From: an uncultured Gammaproteobacteria bacterium
Lineage (GTDB): Bacteria; Patescibacteriota; Microgenomatia; CAZETR01
Direction of reading: 5' to 3'
NCBI GenBank assembly: GCA_964514545.1
Contig: CAZETR010000011.1
Coordinates: 102,413 to 166,412, forward strand
Length of the DNA stretch: 64,000 nt
Under the pieces are notes generated by a model. The model was given only the letters and a program-made list of their open reading frames with translations, was not told where the DNA came from and made no database searches. Position 1 is the first letter of the stretch. Each line of letters begins with the position of its first letter. A program made the position numbers and the translations under genes. This document shows, one piece after another, positions 45,920 to 56,728 of the stretch.

Positions 45920-46852
45920 TTAATCGGTGAGCTCGATGGACTTCTCGCGCAAGGCCGCCTCAATAATTTTGACTGATTTGGTGCCGAGGTTTTTAACTTT
46001 GGCTATGTCTTTCTTTGGAGTTCTGATGATGTCTGAGACGTTTTCGAACCCTCCTTTTCTTAACGCGTTGGCGATCCTTGTGGGAAGATCCAGCTCTTCA
46101 ACCGTTAGGCGAAATGTATCGTTTACCGGGCTAGCGGAGACATTGTTCTCCTCAGCTGGAATTTCGACGGGGTTTATTACCTGATTAAAAAAATCGACTA
46201 AAACCTGTGCGGATTTTCTTACAGCCTCTACGGGGCCAATTGTTCCGTCTGTTGTAACTTCAAGAACAAGTTTGTCCAGATTGGTCATTCTCCCGACACG
46301 AGTTGTGCCGACGGTGTAGTTTACCAGTACAACTGGGCTAAACTTGGCATCTACAGGAATTAATCCCAGTGAACCTGTTTTTCTTTCTTCGGCAGGGGAG
46401 TATCCCAAACCACTTTCAACTGTAAACTCGACGTTTAATTTTCCTTCACGGTCAAGGTGGGCAATGATCAGTTCCGGATTAATAATTTCGACGCCGGCCG
46501 GCGTTTCAATGTCCCCTGCTTTGATCTCTTTTGGCCCTTTGACAGAAAGAGACATTGTGGCTGGTTTGTCTCCGGTGTAACGGATTCTAATTTGTTTAAC
46601 GTTGAGAATTAATTCGACTATGTCTTCTTTTAACCCCGGGAGAGTTGAAAACTGATGTCTAACACCTTCAATTTTTAAGAAAGTGACGGCAGCTCCTTCT
46701 AAAGATGTATAAAGAACCCGGCGAAGAGATGTCGCCAGGGTGTGGCCAAATCCTATTTCAAGAGGTTCAAAGATAACTCTGGCAAAATTGTCGGTTTCGT
46801 CCTGAATTGCAGTTTTAAACCTGGGTTTGATCATGGCGATATATTGTATCAA
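45920..46852 (-). CDS. rpoA: DNA-directed RNA polymerase subunit alpha
   Basis: FEPLEIGFGHTLATSLRRVLYTSLEGAAV... plus a C-terminal alpha-CTD. The start may be the internal MIKPRFK. Confidence 0.9.
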   Translation of the reverse strand: MIQYIAMIKPRFKTAIQDETDNFARVIFEPLEIGFGHTLATSLRRVLYTSLEGAAVTFLKIEGVRHQFSTLPGLKEDIVELILNVKQIRIRYTGDKPATMSLSVKGPKEIKAGDIETPAGVEIINPELIIAHLDREGKLNVEFTVESGLGYSPAEERKTGSLGLIPVDAKFSPVVLVNYTVGTTRVGRMTNLDKLVLEVTTDGTIGPVEAVRKSAQVLVDFFNQVINPVEIPAEENNVSASPVNDTFRLTVEELDLPTRIANALRKGGFENVSDIIRTPKKDIAKVKNLGTKSVKIIEAALREKSIELTD

Positions 46853-46878
46853 AAATTTGAGATTTTTGCAACTACTTG

Positions 46879-47493
46879 TTAACGGGAATAGAACTCAACA
46901 ATGAACTGTTCGTTAATTTCGAGATCAATCTGATCCCTTTTGGGAGCCGAGGCAATTTTCCCCACAGCCGCTTTCTTTTCTAGCCATGGAGGAACTTTAG
47001 GACTTTCATTTTTGAGTCCCTCGGCAATAAATGGGAATGATAACGATTTGGGATCGAGATTTATTACCTGTCCCGGTTTAACAAGAAAGGATGGAATATC
47101 GACTTTTTTGCCATCTACATTTACGTGCCCATGATTGACTAACTGTCTAGCCGATGCACGAGTTGGGGTTAAACCTAATCTGTACACTGTATTGTCGAGG
47201 CGGCTTTCGATTCTTTCGATCATGGTTGCTCCAGTTGCTCCCCGAGTTTTAGCGGCAACTTCAAAGTAGCGCCGGAGTTGTTTTTCAGTGAGGCCATAGA
47301 TCGCTTTAAGTTTCTGTTTTTCGGTAAGTTGTTGGCCGTACTCAGTCTGTCGCTTCCGACCCTTGGGCCCGTGCTGTCCGGGCGGGATGTTTAAACGACG
47401 GGCTAACTTTGCCGCCGCTGGGCCACTTTTAAGACCAAGGTCTGTTTCAAATTTTCTGGCTAGTCGATTTTTGGGACCGGTATAGCGGGACAT
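46879..47493 (-). CDS. rpsD: 30S ribosomal protein S4
   Basis: MSRYTGPKNRLARKF...LDNTVYRLGLTPTRASARQLVNHGHVNVDGKKVDIPSF. Confidence 0.9.
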   Translation of the reverse strand: MSRYTGPKNRLARKFETDLGLKSGPAAAKLARRLNIPPGQHGPKGRKRQTEYGQQLTEKQKLKAIYGLTEKQLRRYFEVAAKTRGATGATMIERIESRLDNTVYRLGLTPTRASARQLVNHGHVNVDGKKVDIPSFLVKPGQVINLDPKSLSFPFIAEGLKNESPKVPPWLEKKAAVGKIASAPKRDQIDLEINEQFIVEFYSR

Positions 47494-47520
47494 AAAGATG
47501 TTTTTGTATATTTATTTAGA

Positions 47521-47907
47521 TTATATTCGGCGCTTCTTTTTGGGCCTAACGCCATTGTGGGGAATAGGGGTAACGTCTGCGATTAAATTAAACTTGAGTC
47601 CGGCCGTGCGGAGAGACCTGAGAGCTGCATCACGACCTGATCCTGGGCCTTTTATATAAATTTCAACCTCCTTTATTCCGAGTCCGAGAGCCTTTTTGGC
47701 GACTGCTTCAACGGCCGTCGAGGCGGCAAAGGGAGTAGCCCTCCTGGCACCCTTAAAACCGACCGAGCCTGAACTACCCCAAGCTAAAGTCTGACCACTG
47801 CGATCAGTAATTGTTACGAGAGTGTTGTTAAAGGTTGAAGTAATGTATACCTTGCCCAGTGATAAGTCATGTACTGCTCCGGATTTTTTGGTGGTTTTTG
47901 TGGTCAT
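47521..47907 (-). CDS. rpsK: 30S ribosomal protein S11
   Basis: [30 protein letters not shown]...[15 protein letters not shown]. Confidence 0.9.
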   Translation of the reverse strand: MTTKTTKKSGAVHDLSLGKVYITSTFNNTLVTITDRSGQTLAWGSSGSVGFKGARRATPFAASTAVEAVAKKALGLGIKEVEIYIKGPGSGRDAALRSLRTAGLKFNLIADVTPIPHNGVRPKKKRRI

Positions 47908-47915
47908 ATGATTAC

Positions 47916-48332
47916 TTATTTGGTTTCGTCCTTATTTGGTTTTCCTGATTCAAGTTTCGCTGCGATTTCCTTTTTGAGGGCTCCAATTGTCACCCTCTTG
48001 CCCCGTTTTGTGCGGGCATTTGTTCTGGTTCTCTGTCCCCGAACGGGAAGCCCGCGGGAATGGCGGATACCTCGATAAGAATTAATTTCCTTGAGTCTAG
48101 TAATATTTGATGAGATTTCCTTTCGCAGGTCCCCTTCTACTTTGATAATATCAATTATTTTCTGTAATCTGGAGATTTCCTCGTCGGTTAGATCTTTTGC
48201 CCGTTTCGCCATGTTGACATCGGCTTTTTTTAAAATTCCTTGCACGTTAACGGGTCCTATTCCGTAGATATAGCGGAGTGAAAATTCGATTCGTTTGTTT
48301 TCTGGGATGTCGATTCCGGCTAGTCTAGGCAT
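47916..48332 (-). CDS. rpsM: 30S ribosomal protein S13
   Basis: [29 protein letters not shown]...[19 protein letters not shown]. Confidence 0.9.
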   Translation of the reverse strand: MPRLAGIDIPENKRIEFSLRYIYGIGPVNVQGILKKADVNMAKRAKDLTDEEISRLQKIIDIIKVEGDLRKEISSNITRLKEINSYRGIRHSRGLPVRGQRTRTNARTKRGKRVTIGALKKEIAAKLESGKPNKDETK

Positions 48333-48344
48333 ATTGTAAATTGG

Positions 48345-48458
48345 TTAACCCTGACGCTGTTTATGGCGAGGGTTAGAACAGATAATATAGAGCTTTCCAC
48401 GGCGACGGATAACTTTGCAATTTCGGCAGCGTGGTTTAATGCTCGCTTGTACTTTCAT
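48345..48458 (-). CDS. rpmJ: 50S ribosomal protein L36 (below the ORF-track size cut-off)
   Basis: Reverse-strand translation [37 protein letters not shown] shows a C-x2-C...C...H zinc-ribbon L36. Coordinates are +/-1. Confidence 0.7.
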   Translation of the reverse strand: MKVQASIKPRCRNCKVIRRRGKLYIICSNPRHKQRQG

Positions 48459-48528
48459 ATGTCGACTTAGTTTGAAAAAGTAAACGTTTTTTCAAGCCCT
48501 CTAGTGGCTGTGTCAGTTTGATTTCGGA

Positions 48529-48750
48529 TTATGTCTTGAGCTTGAAAACGATTCTGCCCCTGGCCGCGTCATACGGAGTAAACTCCACTTTGACTCTGTC
48601 TCCAGGGAAAAGCCTGACTCTGGAAATGCGCAATCTTCCCATAACCGTAGCAACTGCCAACTGGCCGTTGTCGAGCTTGATCCTGTACATGGCGTTGGGT
48701 AGAGATTCTGTGATTATGCCATTTAGCTCGTGTGTGTCTTTATGCGCCAT
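48529..48750 (-). CDS. infA: translation initiation factor IF-1
   Basis: MAHKDTHELNGIITESLPNAMYRIKLDNGQLAVATVMGRLRISRVRLFPGDRVKVEFTPYD. The track ORF starts 12 codons upstream. Confidence 0.85.
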   Translation of the reverse strand: MAHKDTHELNGIITESLPNAMYRIKLDNGQLAVATVMGRLRISRVRLFPGDRVKVEFTPYDAARGRIVFKLKT

Positions 48751-48801
48751 CTTTACGGTTGAGCGGATCTTGAGGGATTGTACCAAAAACTAGCTTGAGT
48801 T

Positions 48802-49563
48802 TCAACATCGAAGAGGAGTAAGAACTTTCGTTCCCGCGGGGGTAATAGCTATGGTGACTTCAAAAACTGCTGAGAGTGACCCGTCGCGAGTAGAAATTGT
48901 CCAATTATCATCGTTTTTGTATGTAATATCAGGTCGGCCCTGATTGTAAATTGTTTCGATGGCTAGACACAACCCCGGCTGAAGCTGGGTTGAGTGACCA
49001 GAATCTCCCAAGGAAAAACAAGGAACTGCAGGCTCCTCGTGGAGATCTTTTCCAATTCCGTGGCCAGTAAGACTTTTGACTGGAGAGAAGCCTTTATCGA
49101 GTAGAGGGATCTCCATGGCTCGGGAGACATGCCAAACCGTCTTGCCGACGATTGCGGCTGATACGGCCTTTTTAAGTGACTCTCTGCCGCTTTCGAGAAA
49201 AGACATAACATCGGCTGCGACTGTCCCGATGGGGACAGTAACCGAGGTATCGGAGTGAAATCCCTGATAAAATAATCCTATATCGATTCCTAAGATGTCT
49301 CCAGATTTAAGTTTGTAGTGAGTCGGTATCCCATGGACAACTTCATCATTTACGGTCAGACACGTGGTATGAAGATATCCGGGAACCATTTGAAAGGAGG
49401 GTTTTCCCCCTGTAGCCAAAATTAGCTTTTGAGCCTGGGTATCGAGTTCGAGGGTAGTAACTCCAGGTTTGGCTAGTGGCGCAAGTCGGCTTAAAACCCG
49501 GGATAACTTTTCTCCTCCAATCGCCATTATCTTTATTTGTTCGTCGGTTTTAAGTTTGATCAC
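48802..49563 (-). CDS. map: type I methionine aminopeptidase
   Basis: The pita-bread fold metal ligands are in expected places (D..D..H..E..E pattern: GIDIGL..., HGIGKDLHEEP). Confidence 0.85.
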   Translation of the reverse strand: MIKLKTDEQIKIMAIGGEKLSRVLSRLAPLAKPGVTTLELDTQAQKLILATGGKPSFQMVPGYLHTTCLTVNDEVVHGIPTHYKLKSGDILGIDIGLFYQGFHSDTSVTVPIGTVAADVMSFLESGRESLKKAVSAAIVGKTVWHVSRAMEIPLLDKGFSPVKSLTGHGIGKDLHEEPAVPCFSLGDSGHSTQLQPGLCLAIETIYNQGRPDITYKNDDNWTISTRDGSLSAVFEVTIAITPAGTKVLTPLRC

Positions 49564-50206
49564 CTCTGGTTTTGTTAATAATACTAACGATACTTTGATG
49601 GATTTCTGTTATCGGACGTTCGCCATTGATTTCGTACCCTACCCCTTGCCTAACCGCCTTTAGAAATACCGGATGCGTTGAATCTCGGTAAATGTCCAGC
49701 CTGTGCGAAATTGCTTCCGGTGTATCGTCGCTGCGTTGGATTAAAGCTCCTCCGCATTTACACTTATCACTGGCTGGCGGGTTTAAGATCAGGCTATAGA
49801 CCTCTCCGCATTTTTCACATGTTCGTCGCGCTGCCAATCTTCTTATTGATTCTTCACGACTAATTTCGATATTTAATACCAGGTCTATTTTTTTACCGAA
49901 TTTGCACAACATGTCCTCTAGGTGATCGAACTGGGCGATAGATCTGGGGTATCCATCGAAGATAAATCCTTTGTTTCGATCGTGTTTGTTAATGAAGTCC
50001 CATGCTATTAGCCTCACAAGTTCGTCGGGAACAAGGTTTCCAGATTCCAGAGCTTGTTTTACCCGAAGTGAATGGGGATTATCGGAAAGAGCGATTGAGC
50101 GGAGAATTTTGCCGGCTTCGTAATGGATAAGTCCATATTTCTGGACAAGAAGATCTGCTTGTGTTCCCTTGCCAGACCCTTGCGGCCCAAGAAGAACGAT
50201 GTTCAT
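49550..50206 (-). CDS. adk: adenylate kinase (zinc-lid type)
   Basis: P-loop GPQGSGKGTQ, and a lid with CEKCGEVY...CKCGG. Confidence 0.9.
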   Translation of the reverse strand: MNIVLLGPQGSGKGTQADLLVQKYGLIHYEAGKILRSIALSDNPHSLRVKQALESGNLVPDELVRLIAWDFINKHDRNKGFIFDGYPRSIAQFDHLEDMLCKFGKKIDLVLNIEISREESIRRLAARRTCEKCGEVYSLILNPPASDKCKCGGALIQRSDDTPEAISHRLDIYRDSTHPVFLKAVRQGVGYEINGERPITEIHQSIVSIINKTRGDQT

Positions 50207-50207
50207 T

Positions 50208-51491
50208 TCACTTAAGGAAGCTGTCGTAGCTTCGCATTACAAGCTGGGATTCGAGGGACTTGGTAGTCTCAAGGATGACTGAGACGACGATGAGCACCCC
50301 GGTTCCTCCGATGGTTAAAGTGGCGACGTTTGATATCGACTGAGCGAGTGAAGGAAGAATCGCTATGATGCCAAGAAAAACAGCACCTGCCAGGGTAATT
50401 CGGGTGATAATGTAATTGAGATACTGAGAAGTCGGACCCCCGGGGCGAACGCCGGGAATAAAACCACCATTTTTCTTTATTTCATCTGAGATCTTTTGGG
50501 GGTTGAAAACGACAGCTGTATAAAAATATGTAAATCCGATGACCAGGATAAAGTACGAAACGCTATAGATAAGCGTATCGGGGCGGAAACTAGAAATCAA
50601 GTTTCTGGCAAGTCCTGCGATAGCTGGGTTTCGTATTTGGGAGAGAAAGTTTCCAAGTAGAGATGGCAATAATACTAGAGAAACAGCAAAGATGATGGGA
50701 ATTACTCCCGCCTGATTTATTTTTAGCGGCAGATGGGTGGACTGACCACCAAATAGCTTCCCGCCTCTGATGCGCTTTGCGTATTGGATGGGAATTTGAC
50801 GAGTAGCTTCGTTAACAAAAATAACCCCGGCGACTACGATCAAGGCAATCGCCATAAATAAAATAATATTGAGGTAGTTCGCGGCCTCAAGAGTAGTTAA
50901 GGTTTGGCCTAAAACTACAGGAAGCCGGCCAACGATTCCGGCAAAAATTAACAGGGAAATGCCGTTGCCAACTCCTTTCTCCGAGATTAACTCACCTAGC
51001 CACATGACAAAGACCGATCCGGCAGTCATGGTAATCACAAGTCCGAGAAGTTGTATTGGATTAAGCCCACTTATAATGTTTGAGCCTTTAAGCAGGGCGT
51101 ACATTCCAAATGATTGGACCGCTGCCAGTGGGACCGTAATCAACCGGGTGTACTGGTTAATTTTTTCCCGCCCAAACTCTCCTTCTTTGCTAAGCTCCTC
51201 TAGTTTTGGAAAGACCATGGTTAAAAGCTGGAGAATAATTGAAGCGTTAATGTACGGATTAAGGCCGAGGGCCATAATCGAAAAGTTCGCCAGGGTGCCC
51301 CCTGAAAAAATGTCGAGGAGCCCTAGGAGTTGATTACGAGCAAAGAGACTTTTTAATGAAGCTGTATTGATTCCCGAAACCGGAATGTGGGCTGCTAGCC
51401 GGAAAACAACGATCATCAGAGCTGTGAAAATGATTTTTTGTCGAAGTTCCGGGACTCGCCAAGCTCGGGTGATGCTCTGTAAAAAATTCAT
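50208..51491 (-). CDS. secY: preprotein translocase subunit SecY
   Basis: 427 aa with 10 TM helices. It sits between rplO and adk, and has a [11 protein letters not shown]-type C-terminal region. Confidence 0.9.
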   Translation of the reverse strand: MNFLQSITRAWRVPELRQKIIFTALMIVVFRLAAHIPVSGINTASLKSLFARNQLLGLLDIFSGGTLANFSIMALGLNPYINASIILQLLTMVFPKLEELSKEGEFGREKINQYTRLITVPLAAVQSFGMYALLKGSNIISGLNPIQLLGLVITMTAGSVFVMWLGELISEKGVGNGISLLIFAGIVGRLPVVLGQTLTTLEAANYLNIILFMAIALIVVAGVIFVNEATRQIPIQYAKRIRGGKLFGGQSTHLPLKINQAGVIPIIFAVSLVLLPSLLGNFLSQIRNPAIAGLARNLISSFRPDTLIYSVSYFILVIGFTYFYTAVVFNPQKISDEIKKNGGFIPGVRPGGPTSQYLNYIITRITLAGAVFLGIIAILPSLAQSISNVATLTIGGTGVLIVVSVILETTKSLESQLVMRSYDSFLK

Positions 51492-51811
51492 TCTTTTGTT
51501 TTGCCTCCGGATCTATTAATCTTAACATTAGCTCCTGGGGATACAGGAGTTGTCGTTTTCGAGATGCTAAGATGGTAGTCTTTAATTTTGGTTCTTAAAG
51601 GCTTAAACTTGCCTTTTCCCCGAAGGACTGGAAGGCGTTTGAGAAGTGATTTTTTAATTTTGGTTCCCTCGAATGTCAATGGAATCTTGCCGCGGGTTTT
51701 CTGGCCTTTTTGACCCCGACCGGAGGTGTGTCCCCCCTTGCCGGACCCAATTCCACGACCAACCCGCTTGTGTGATCTGCTGACGATTTTGGGTAGAAAG
51801 TTTAATTTCAT
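51488..51811 (-). CDS. rplO: 50S ribosomal protein L15 (short form)
   Basis: [26 protein letters not shown]. Confidence 0.8.
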   Translation of the reverse strand: MKLNFLPKIVSRSHKRVGRGIGSGKGGHTSGRGQKGQKTRGKIPLTFEGTKIKKSLLKRLPVLRGKGKFKPLRTKIKDYHLSISKTTTPVSPGANVKINRSGGKTKE

Positions 51812-52284
51812 ATGTTATGAAGGCTTGCCAGAGCCTTGAGAGTTGCGTAAACGTTATTTGCCTTATTGTCGGACCCCAAAACTTTACTAACGATGTCCTT
51901 AATTCCGGCGGCGCTGACGACAGCTCTGACGGCTCCTCCGGCGATAATTCCAGTTCCCGGGGGAGCTGGTTTGAGGAGGACCCTGGCGGCGGAGAATTTT
52001 ACGTTTATCTCGTGCGGAATTGATGAGTTTTTCATAGGTACTGTCAGTAAATGTTTCTGGGCATAGGTGCTAGCTTTTCGCACAGCTGAGGCAACGTCTT
52101 TTGCCTTACCAAGACCGACCCCAACGCGTCCCTTCTTGTCTCCGACAACTACCAATACTGAAAATCCTATTGAGTTGCCTCCTTGGGTTTTTTTGGACAC
52201 ACGGTTTACCTGGACTATTTTTTCGTCGAACTCTTTGGGCTGGGACGAAAATGGACGATTTGACTGGTATCTGCGATTGTTCAT
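51808..52284 (-). CDS. rpsE: 30S ribosomal protein S5
   Basis: [39 protein letters not shown]...[13 protein letters not shown]. It directly abuts rplO, with no rpmD (L30) between. Confidence 0.9.
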   Translation of the reverse strand: MNNRRYQSNRPFSSQPKEFDEKIVQVNRVSKKTQGGNSIGFSVLVVVGDKKGRVGVGLGKAKDVASAVRKASTYAQKHLLTVPMKNSSIPHEINVKFSAARVLLKPAPPGTGIIAGGAVRAVVSAAGIKDIVSKVLGSDNKANNVYATLKALASLHNI

Positions 52285-52293
52285 TGCGATTAA

Positions 52294-52623
52294 TTAAAAA
52301 TTTAGGCCGGCTTTTCGAGCTGAATCTGCAATTGTTTTTATCTGCCCGTGATAGCGATAAGGACCACGATCAAAAACTATAGTTTTAATGTTTTTTTTCA
52401 GGCAATCTTTGGCGATTTTTTCTCCTAGCTCGGATGCGTGTTTGAGGTCCCCGGCAAGTTTACCTGCGACGAGAGTTTTACCTACCATGTCGTCGATTAC
52501 CTGCACATAAACATAGCGGTTTGAACGAAAGACTGTAAGTCTGGGCTTTTGGGACGAACCTTTGAACTTACTTCTGGTTCTTGTCTTTCTCTGATTTGAT
52601 TTTGAATTATAGCGTTTTATCAT
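52294..52623 (-). CDS. rplR: 50S ribosomal protein L18
   Basis: [27 protein letters not shown]...[24 protein letters not shown]. Confidence 0.9.
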   Translation of the reverse strand: MIKRYNSKSNQRKTRTRSKFKGSSQKPRLTVFRSNRYVYVQVIDDMVGKTLVAGKLAGDLKHASELGEKIAKDCLKKNIKTIVFDRGPYRYHGQIKTIADSARKAGLNF

Positions 52624-52629
52624 ATAAGA

Positions 52630-53187
52630 CTACTTTCCAGTAGTTGCGCCGGCAGTTTTGGCTGCCTTTCCAGCTTTGCGGCGGATATATTCACCTAGGT
52701 ACTTAATACCTTTGGCTTTATAGGGGTCGGGGGGTCTGAGAGACTTAATTTTGGCCGCAGTTTCGCCGACTAGCGCTTTATCAAACCCTGAAATCAAAAT
52801 CTTATTTTCCTTTACTTCAAAGTTTATCCCCTCGCGTGGCTTGACGGTTATCTGATGAGAAAAACCGAGGTTTAAAACTAAGTCCTGGCCGGTTATGCTA
52901 GCTTTAAATCCAGTTCCGTTTATTTCCAGAGTTTTTGACCATCCCAGCGTGACACCCAAGACCATGTTGGCAATGAGCGTCCTGGAGACTCCGTGGAGCT
53001 GGCGGCTGACCCTGGAGTCCACCGTGGGCTTGACTACCAGCTGGCTTGAATTTAGCTCTACTTTGATCAAGGAAGCTAACGGGATTTGTAGCTCGCCTTT
53101 TGGGCCGGTTACCTTTACAATATTTCCTTCGAGATTCACGGTTACCCCGTCTGGGATATTGATGGGTTGCTTGCCTATTCGTGCCAT
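52630..53187 (-). CDS. rplF: 50S ribosomal protein L6
   Basis: MARIGKQPINIPDGVTVNLEGNIVKVTGPKGEL... Confidence 0.9.
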   Translation of the reverse strand: MARIGKQPINIPDGVTVNLEGNIVKVTGPKGELQIPLASLIKVELNSSQLVVKPTVDSRVSRQLHGVSRTLIANMVLGVTLGWSKTLEINGTGFKASITGQDLVLNLGFSHQITVKPREGINFEVKENKILISGFDKALVGETAAKIKSLRPPDPYKAKGIKYLGEYIRRKAGKAAKTAGATTGK

Positions 53188-53233
53188 AATTTAGTAGTGA
53201 GTAATTTAAGATAATTCATTGATAGATAAATCG

Positions 53234-53623
53234 TTACCAGACTTGACAAATAAGCTCACCGCCTAAGTGCTGGGACCTGGCTTCTTGGCTTCCCATAATA
53301 CCCTTGGGGGTCGAGAGAATGCTGATCCCCAATCCCCCCAGAACTCGTGGAATCTGGGCTGATTTAGTGTAGATTCTGACACCTGGTTTGCTGATTTGGC
53401 GAATGTTAGTTATCTTTGGTTTGCCGGCAATATATATAAGATCAATTTTGATGATTCTTCGATTAGGTTCACCCTCGATAGAAACTGATTTTACATATCC
53501 TTCATGGGCAAGAATTTGGGCGATTGCATACTTCACTTTTGAGGATGGGACACTGAGACTCACGTGTTTTGCCATATAAGCGTTTTTAATTCGGATTAAT
53601 AAGTCTGCGGTGGGGTCGGTCAT
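53234..53623 (-). CDS. rpsH: 30S ribosomal protein S8
   Basis: MTDPTADLLIRIKNAYMAKH...ILAHEGYV...GLGISILSTPKGIM. Confidence 0.9.
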   Translation of the reverse strand: MTDPTADLLIRIKNAYMAKHVSLSVPSSKVKYAIAQILAHEGYVKSVSIEGEPNRRIIKIDLIYIAGKPKITNIRQISKPGVRIYTKSAQIPRVLGGLGISILSTPKGIMGSQEARSQHLGGELICQVW

Positions 53624-53652
53624 GTGTTAATTATTGGTTTGTATTATTAGGC

Positions 53653-53844
53653 TTACCAGCTGGCTTTAGTAACTCCGGAAAGTTCGCCTCTGTTTGCAAG
53701 GTCCCTAAAGCAGAGTCGACAGAGACCAAACTCACGAATAAACCCACGGGGTCTGCCGCAGAGACTGCAGCGGTTCCGATAGCGAACTACGAACTTTAGC
53801 TTTTTGGGTAATATTTGTTTGACAACTTTACTTGTTGTAGCCAT
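53653..53844 (-). CDS. rpsZ: 30S ribosomal protein S14 type Z (zinc-binding, 61 aa)
   Basis: [10 protein letters not shown]...[23 protein letters not shown]. Confidence 0.85.
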   Translation of the reverse strand: MATTSKVVKQILPKKLKFVVRYRNRCSLCGRPRGFIREFGLCRLCFRDLANRGELSGVTKASW

Positions 53845-53858
53845 AGATCTTCGATTTT

Positions 53859-54401
53859 TCAAGCCTTTTTAAATGGCATGCCGAGTAATTCTAACAGTCT
53901 ATAGGCCTTTTTGTCATCTGGGCTTGATGTTACAAGGGTAATCTCCAATCCCCGGATTTTGTCAATTTTGGAATAGTCGACTTCAGGAAAGACAACTTGC
54001 TCCGAGATTCCCAGAGTGTAGTTGCCATGGCCGTCGAAGCTGGTTTTGGGTATTCCTCTAAAATCGCGGACGCGGGGCAGGACGATCGTGACAAGTTTGT
54101 CAATAAACGCATACATTCGGTCACCTCGCAACGTAGTAGTGAGGCCAATTGGATCTCCTTCTCTAATTTTGAATGCGGCTATCGATTTCTTTGCGGCTCT
54201 ACGGGATGGGGTTTGACCGGTGATTACAGATAGCCAGGCGGTTGTTTTGTCCATGGCCAATTTATCTACAGCACCTTCTTTTATACCAACGTTGACTACT
54301 ACTTTTACCACGCGGGGGGCGGCAAGAGAATTACCGAGGCTAAATTCGTCCACTAAAGCCGGTAGGATTTTTTGATGGTATTTTTGGATTAATCTATTCA
54401 T
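53859..54401 (-). CDS. rplE: 50S ribosomal protein L5
   Basis: [20 protein letters not shown]...GLEITLVTS. Confidence 0.9.
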   Translation of the reverse strand: MNRLIQKYHQKILPALVDEFSLGNSLAAPRVVKVVVNVGIKEGAVDKLAMDKTTAWLSVITGQTPSRRAAKKSIAAFKIREGDPIGLTTTLRGDRMYAFIDKLVTIVLPRVRDFRGIPKTSFDGHGNYTLGISEQVVFPEVDYSKIDKIRGLEITLVTSSPDDKKAYRLLELLGMPFKKA

Positions 54402-54408
54402 ATTTTAT

Positions 54409-54708
54409 TTAAATTGGATTTTTACATTTTTTGCAAATTCTTACTTTTTTGCCATCTGTGAGCAAAAAAGAAATTCTGGTCAATTCACTGCACTTGGGGC
54501 AGATGAGGCTAAATTTGCCGAAGAAAATTGGTTTGGGGATGTGAATCCTGGCTCCAGGCTTTCCCTCCCCTTGGGATTTTTGGTGTTTTAGAGACAAATT
54601 TAGGGAAGAAATGATCACTCCTTCCCGGGTAATTTTATCTATCTTTCCGGTTTTGTTTTTGTCTTTGCCGGAGGTAATTTTTATGGTGTCGTTTTTTCTA
54701 AACTTCAT
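54409..54708 (-). CDS. rplX: 50S ribosomal protein L24 with an extra C-terminal C4 zinc-ribbon
   Basis: KOW core (MKFRKNDTIKITSGKDKNKTGKI) followed by CPKCSELTR...RICKKCKN. Confidence 0.85.
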   Translation of the reverse strand: MKFRKNDTIKITSGKDKNKTGKIDKITREGVIISSLNLSLKHQKSQGEGKPGARIHIPKPIFFGKFSLICPKCSELTRISFLLTDGKKVRICKKCKNPI

Positions 54709-54722
54709 AGAGGTTTGCTTAT

Positions 54723-55094
54723 CTAAAGAACTTCTTGGGCAAGGGAGGCTATTTTTAAGTAACCTCTGTCTCTGACTTCGCGGGCGATTGGGCCAAAGAT
54801 TCGTGTTCCGCGAGGTTCTCCTGTTTTGGGGTCGATAATGACTCCGGCATTGTCATCAAAACGGATGTATGATCCGTCACCCCGCCGATATTCTTTACGG
54901 GTTCGAACAACTACGGCTTTGACTACTTCGGAGTCTTTGACAACTCCATCCGGTGTGGCTCTGTCGACAACGCAGGTTACCCGATCGCCGAGGTAACCCC
55001 ACTTGCGAGTCGAGCCCCTTTCTATGTGGATAATCCTTAGGGCCTTGGCCCCGGTATTGTCTGCTGGGATTAGCATCGTGCGTAACTGAACCAT
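54723..55094 (-). CDS. rplN: 50S ribosomal protein L14
   Basis: [24 protein letters not shown].... Confidence 0.9.
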   Translation of the reverse strand: MVQLRTMLIPADNTGAKALRIIHIERGSTRKWGYLGDRVTCVVDRATPDGVVKDSEVVKAVVVRTRKEYRRGDGSYIRFDDNAGVIIDPKTGEPRGTRIFGPIAREVRDRGYLKIASLAQEVL

Positions 55095-55098
55095 AGTT

Positions 55099-55419
55099 TT
55101 ATGTAATTTTGGCTTTGGTTTTTTTGATTTTGGTTACTTTTTTAGCGGGTTGGGGATCTGGTTTTTCAGTCTTGGCTTTTCTGGTAATGACTGCTTGGGT
55201 TTGCCAGCGAACAGATCGGCTCAGGGGCTTGGTCTCGACAAATGTCACTGTGTCGGATTCCAAAGCCTGTAAATTATCTTTGACGTGGTATTTTTTGGTT
55301 CGCTTGACTGACTTTTTGTAGAGATTGTGAGTTTTTTGACGTGAGACCTCGACCACGATTACCCCGTCCATTTTTGTTGATAAGACAGTGCCTGTATAGA
55401 CTCGTTGAAACTTTTGCAT
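55099..55419 (-). CDS. rpsQ: 30S ribosomal protein S17 (Lys-rich C-terminal tail)
   Basis: [37 protein letters not shown]. Confidence 0.85.
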   Translation of the reverse strand: MQKFQRVYTGTVLSTKMDGVIVVEVSRQKTHNLYKKSVKRTKKYHVKDNLQALESDTVTFVETKPLSRSVRWQTQAVITRKAKTEKPDPQPAKKVTKIKKTKAKIT

Positions 55420-55420
55420 A

Positions 55421-55636
55421 TTATTTGGTTTTGGCTGCTATTAATTCTTGGGCTCTGACGATGGTTTTTAGCCGGGCTATTTCTTTTCGCTTATGAAAGA
55501 TAGATCTGAGATCTTTTAGCTTGCCGGTGTATTTTTCCAGTTGAAGTTTAACCAACTCCTCGCTTAGAGATATTAACTTGGCCCGATCTTCAACTGGGTT
55601 TTGGCTGACTGATTTTGATGGTTTGGTTTTGGACAT
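55421..55636 (-). CDS. rpmC: 50S ribosomal protein L29
   Basis: 71-aa helical protein between rplP and rpsQ: LSEELVKLQLEKYTGKL. Confidence 0.8.
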   Translation of the reverse strand: MSKTKPSKSVSQNPVEDRAKLISLSEELVKLQLEKYTGKLKDLRSIFHKRKEIARLKTIVRAQELIAAKTK

Positions 55637-55647
55637 ATATTTGCTGC

Positions 55648-56055
55648 TTATTCTTTAGAAACAATTTTGGTCAGGACGGGCAATTTGGCCCGGGCTCGGT
55701 TTAGGGCTTCATCGGCGATAGTTCTGGGAACGCCGCCGAGTTCAAACAGAATTCGACCTGGAGTGACAACTGAAACATATTCAAAGATGTCTCCTTTGCC
55801 AGACCCCATTCTGGTGCCCAGGGCCTTTTTGGTGATAGGCTTGTCCGGAAAAATCCTAATCCACACCATGCCGGCTCTTTTAGTGTGATGGGCAAGGGTT
55901 TTTCTGGCCGATTCGATTTGGCGGGAAGATACCCACCCCCGAGTTAGAGATTTGATCCCATACTCGCCATAGCTAATTCGATTTCCTGAATGCGCGAGGC
56001 CCTTCATTTTACCGCGGAATTGTTTTCTGAATTTAGAACGTTTAGGTTGTAGCAT
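55648..56055 (-). CDS. rplP: 50S ribosomal protein L16
   Basis: MLQPKRSKFRKQFRGKMKG...MGSGKG. Confidence 0.9.
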   Translation of the reverse strand: MLQPKRSKFRKQFRGKMKGLAHSGNRISYGEYGIKSLTRGWVSSRQIESARKTLAHHTKRAGMVWIRIFPDKPITKKALGTRMGSGKGDIFEYVSVVTPGRILFELGGVPRTIADEALNRARAKLPVLTKIVSKE

Positions 56056-56078
56056 ATTTAATAAGAAATTCGCGTAAC

Positions 56079-56726
56079 TTAGTTTTCACTAATCTTATGG
56101 ATCCAAACTTTGACTCCGATAAAACCCGATCTGGTGTAACTTGGAACCTTGGCGAAATCAATGTTTGCGCGCAGAGTCTGGAGGGGGATTGAACCAAGGG
56201 AGTATTTTTCCCGTCGGGAGATTTCGGCTCCGTTAATTCGACCTGAAAGCATGATCTTGACGCCAATGGCTCCTGATTGCATAGTCTTTTCCATCGTTTT
56301 ATTGACCACTCTTCTTTGAGGCATCCGGCGTTCTAGTTGTTCAGCTACTCTGGATGCAACTAGAAAGGCTGATAAATCGGGATTTTTTATTTCCTCAACG
56401 CGAATATCGATTTTGGGGAGGATAGTTCTTAGTTTTGACTGGAGGGACTTAATAATCAAGAGTTTTATCTCCTCTAAACCTCCTCCCCCGCGCCCAATAA
56501 CTAAACCGGGCCTGGTGACGAAAAGAATTATGCGCAGGCTTTTGAGTGAACGCTCAATGTCAACCCGGGCAATGCCCGCGGGTTTTAGTTTTTTCATGAG
56601 CATCTCACGGAGCATGATGTCCTCCACGAGAAATTCACGGTAGGTTTTTTTCTCTGCAAACCACCGCGATTTCCATGTGTCCTGGATCTGGAGTCTGAAG
56701 CTGGTTGGATTAATTTTTTGACCCAT
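56079..56726 (-). CDS. rpsC: 30S ribosomal protein S3
   Basis: MGQKINPTSFRL...KH-domain GIARVDIER...GRGG. Confidence 0.9.
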   Translation of the reverse strand: MGQKINPTSFRLQIQDTWKSRWFAEKKTYREFLVEDIMLREMLMKKLKPAGIARVDIERSLKSLRIILFVTRPGLVIGRGGGGLEEIKLLIIKSLQSKLRTILPKIDIRVEEIKNPDLSAFLVASRVAEQLERRMPQRRVVNKTMEKTMQSGAIGVKIMLSGRINGAEISRREKYSLGSIPLQTLRANIDFAKVPSYTRSGFIGVKVWIHKISEN

Positions 56727-56728
56727 AT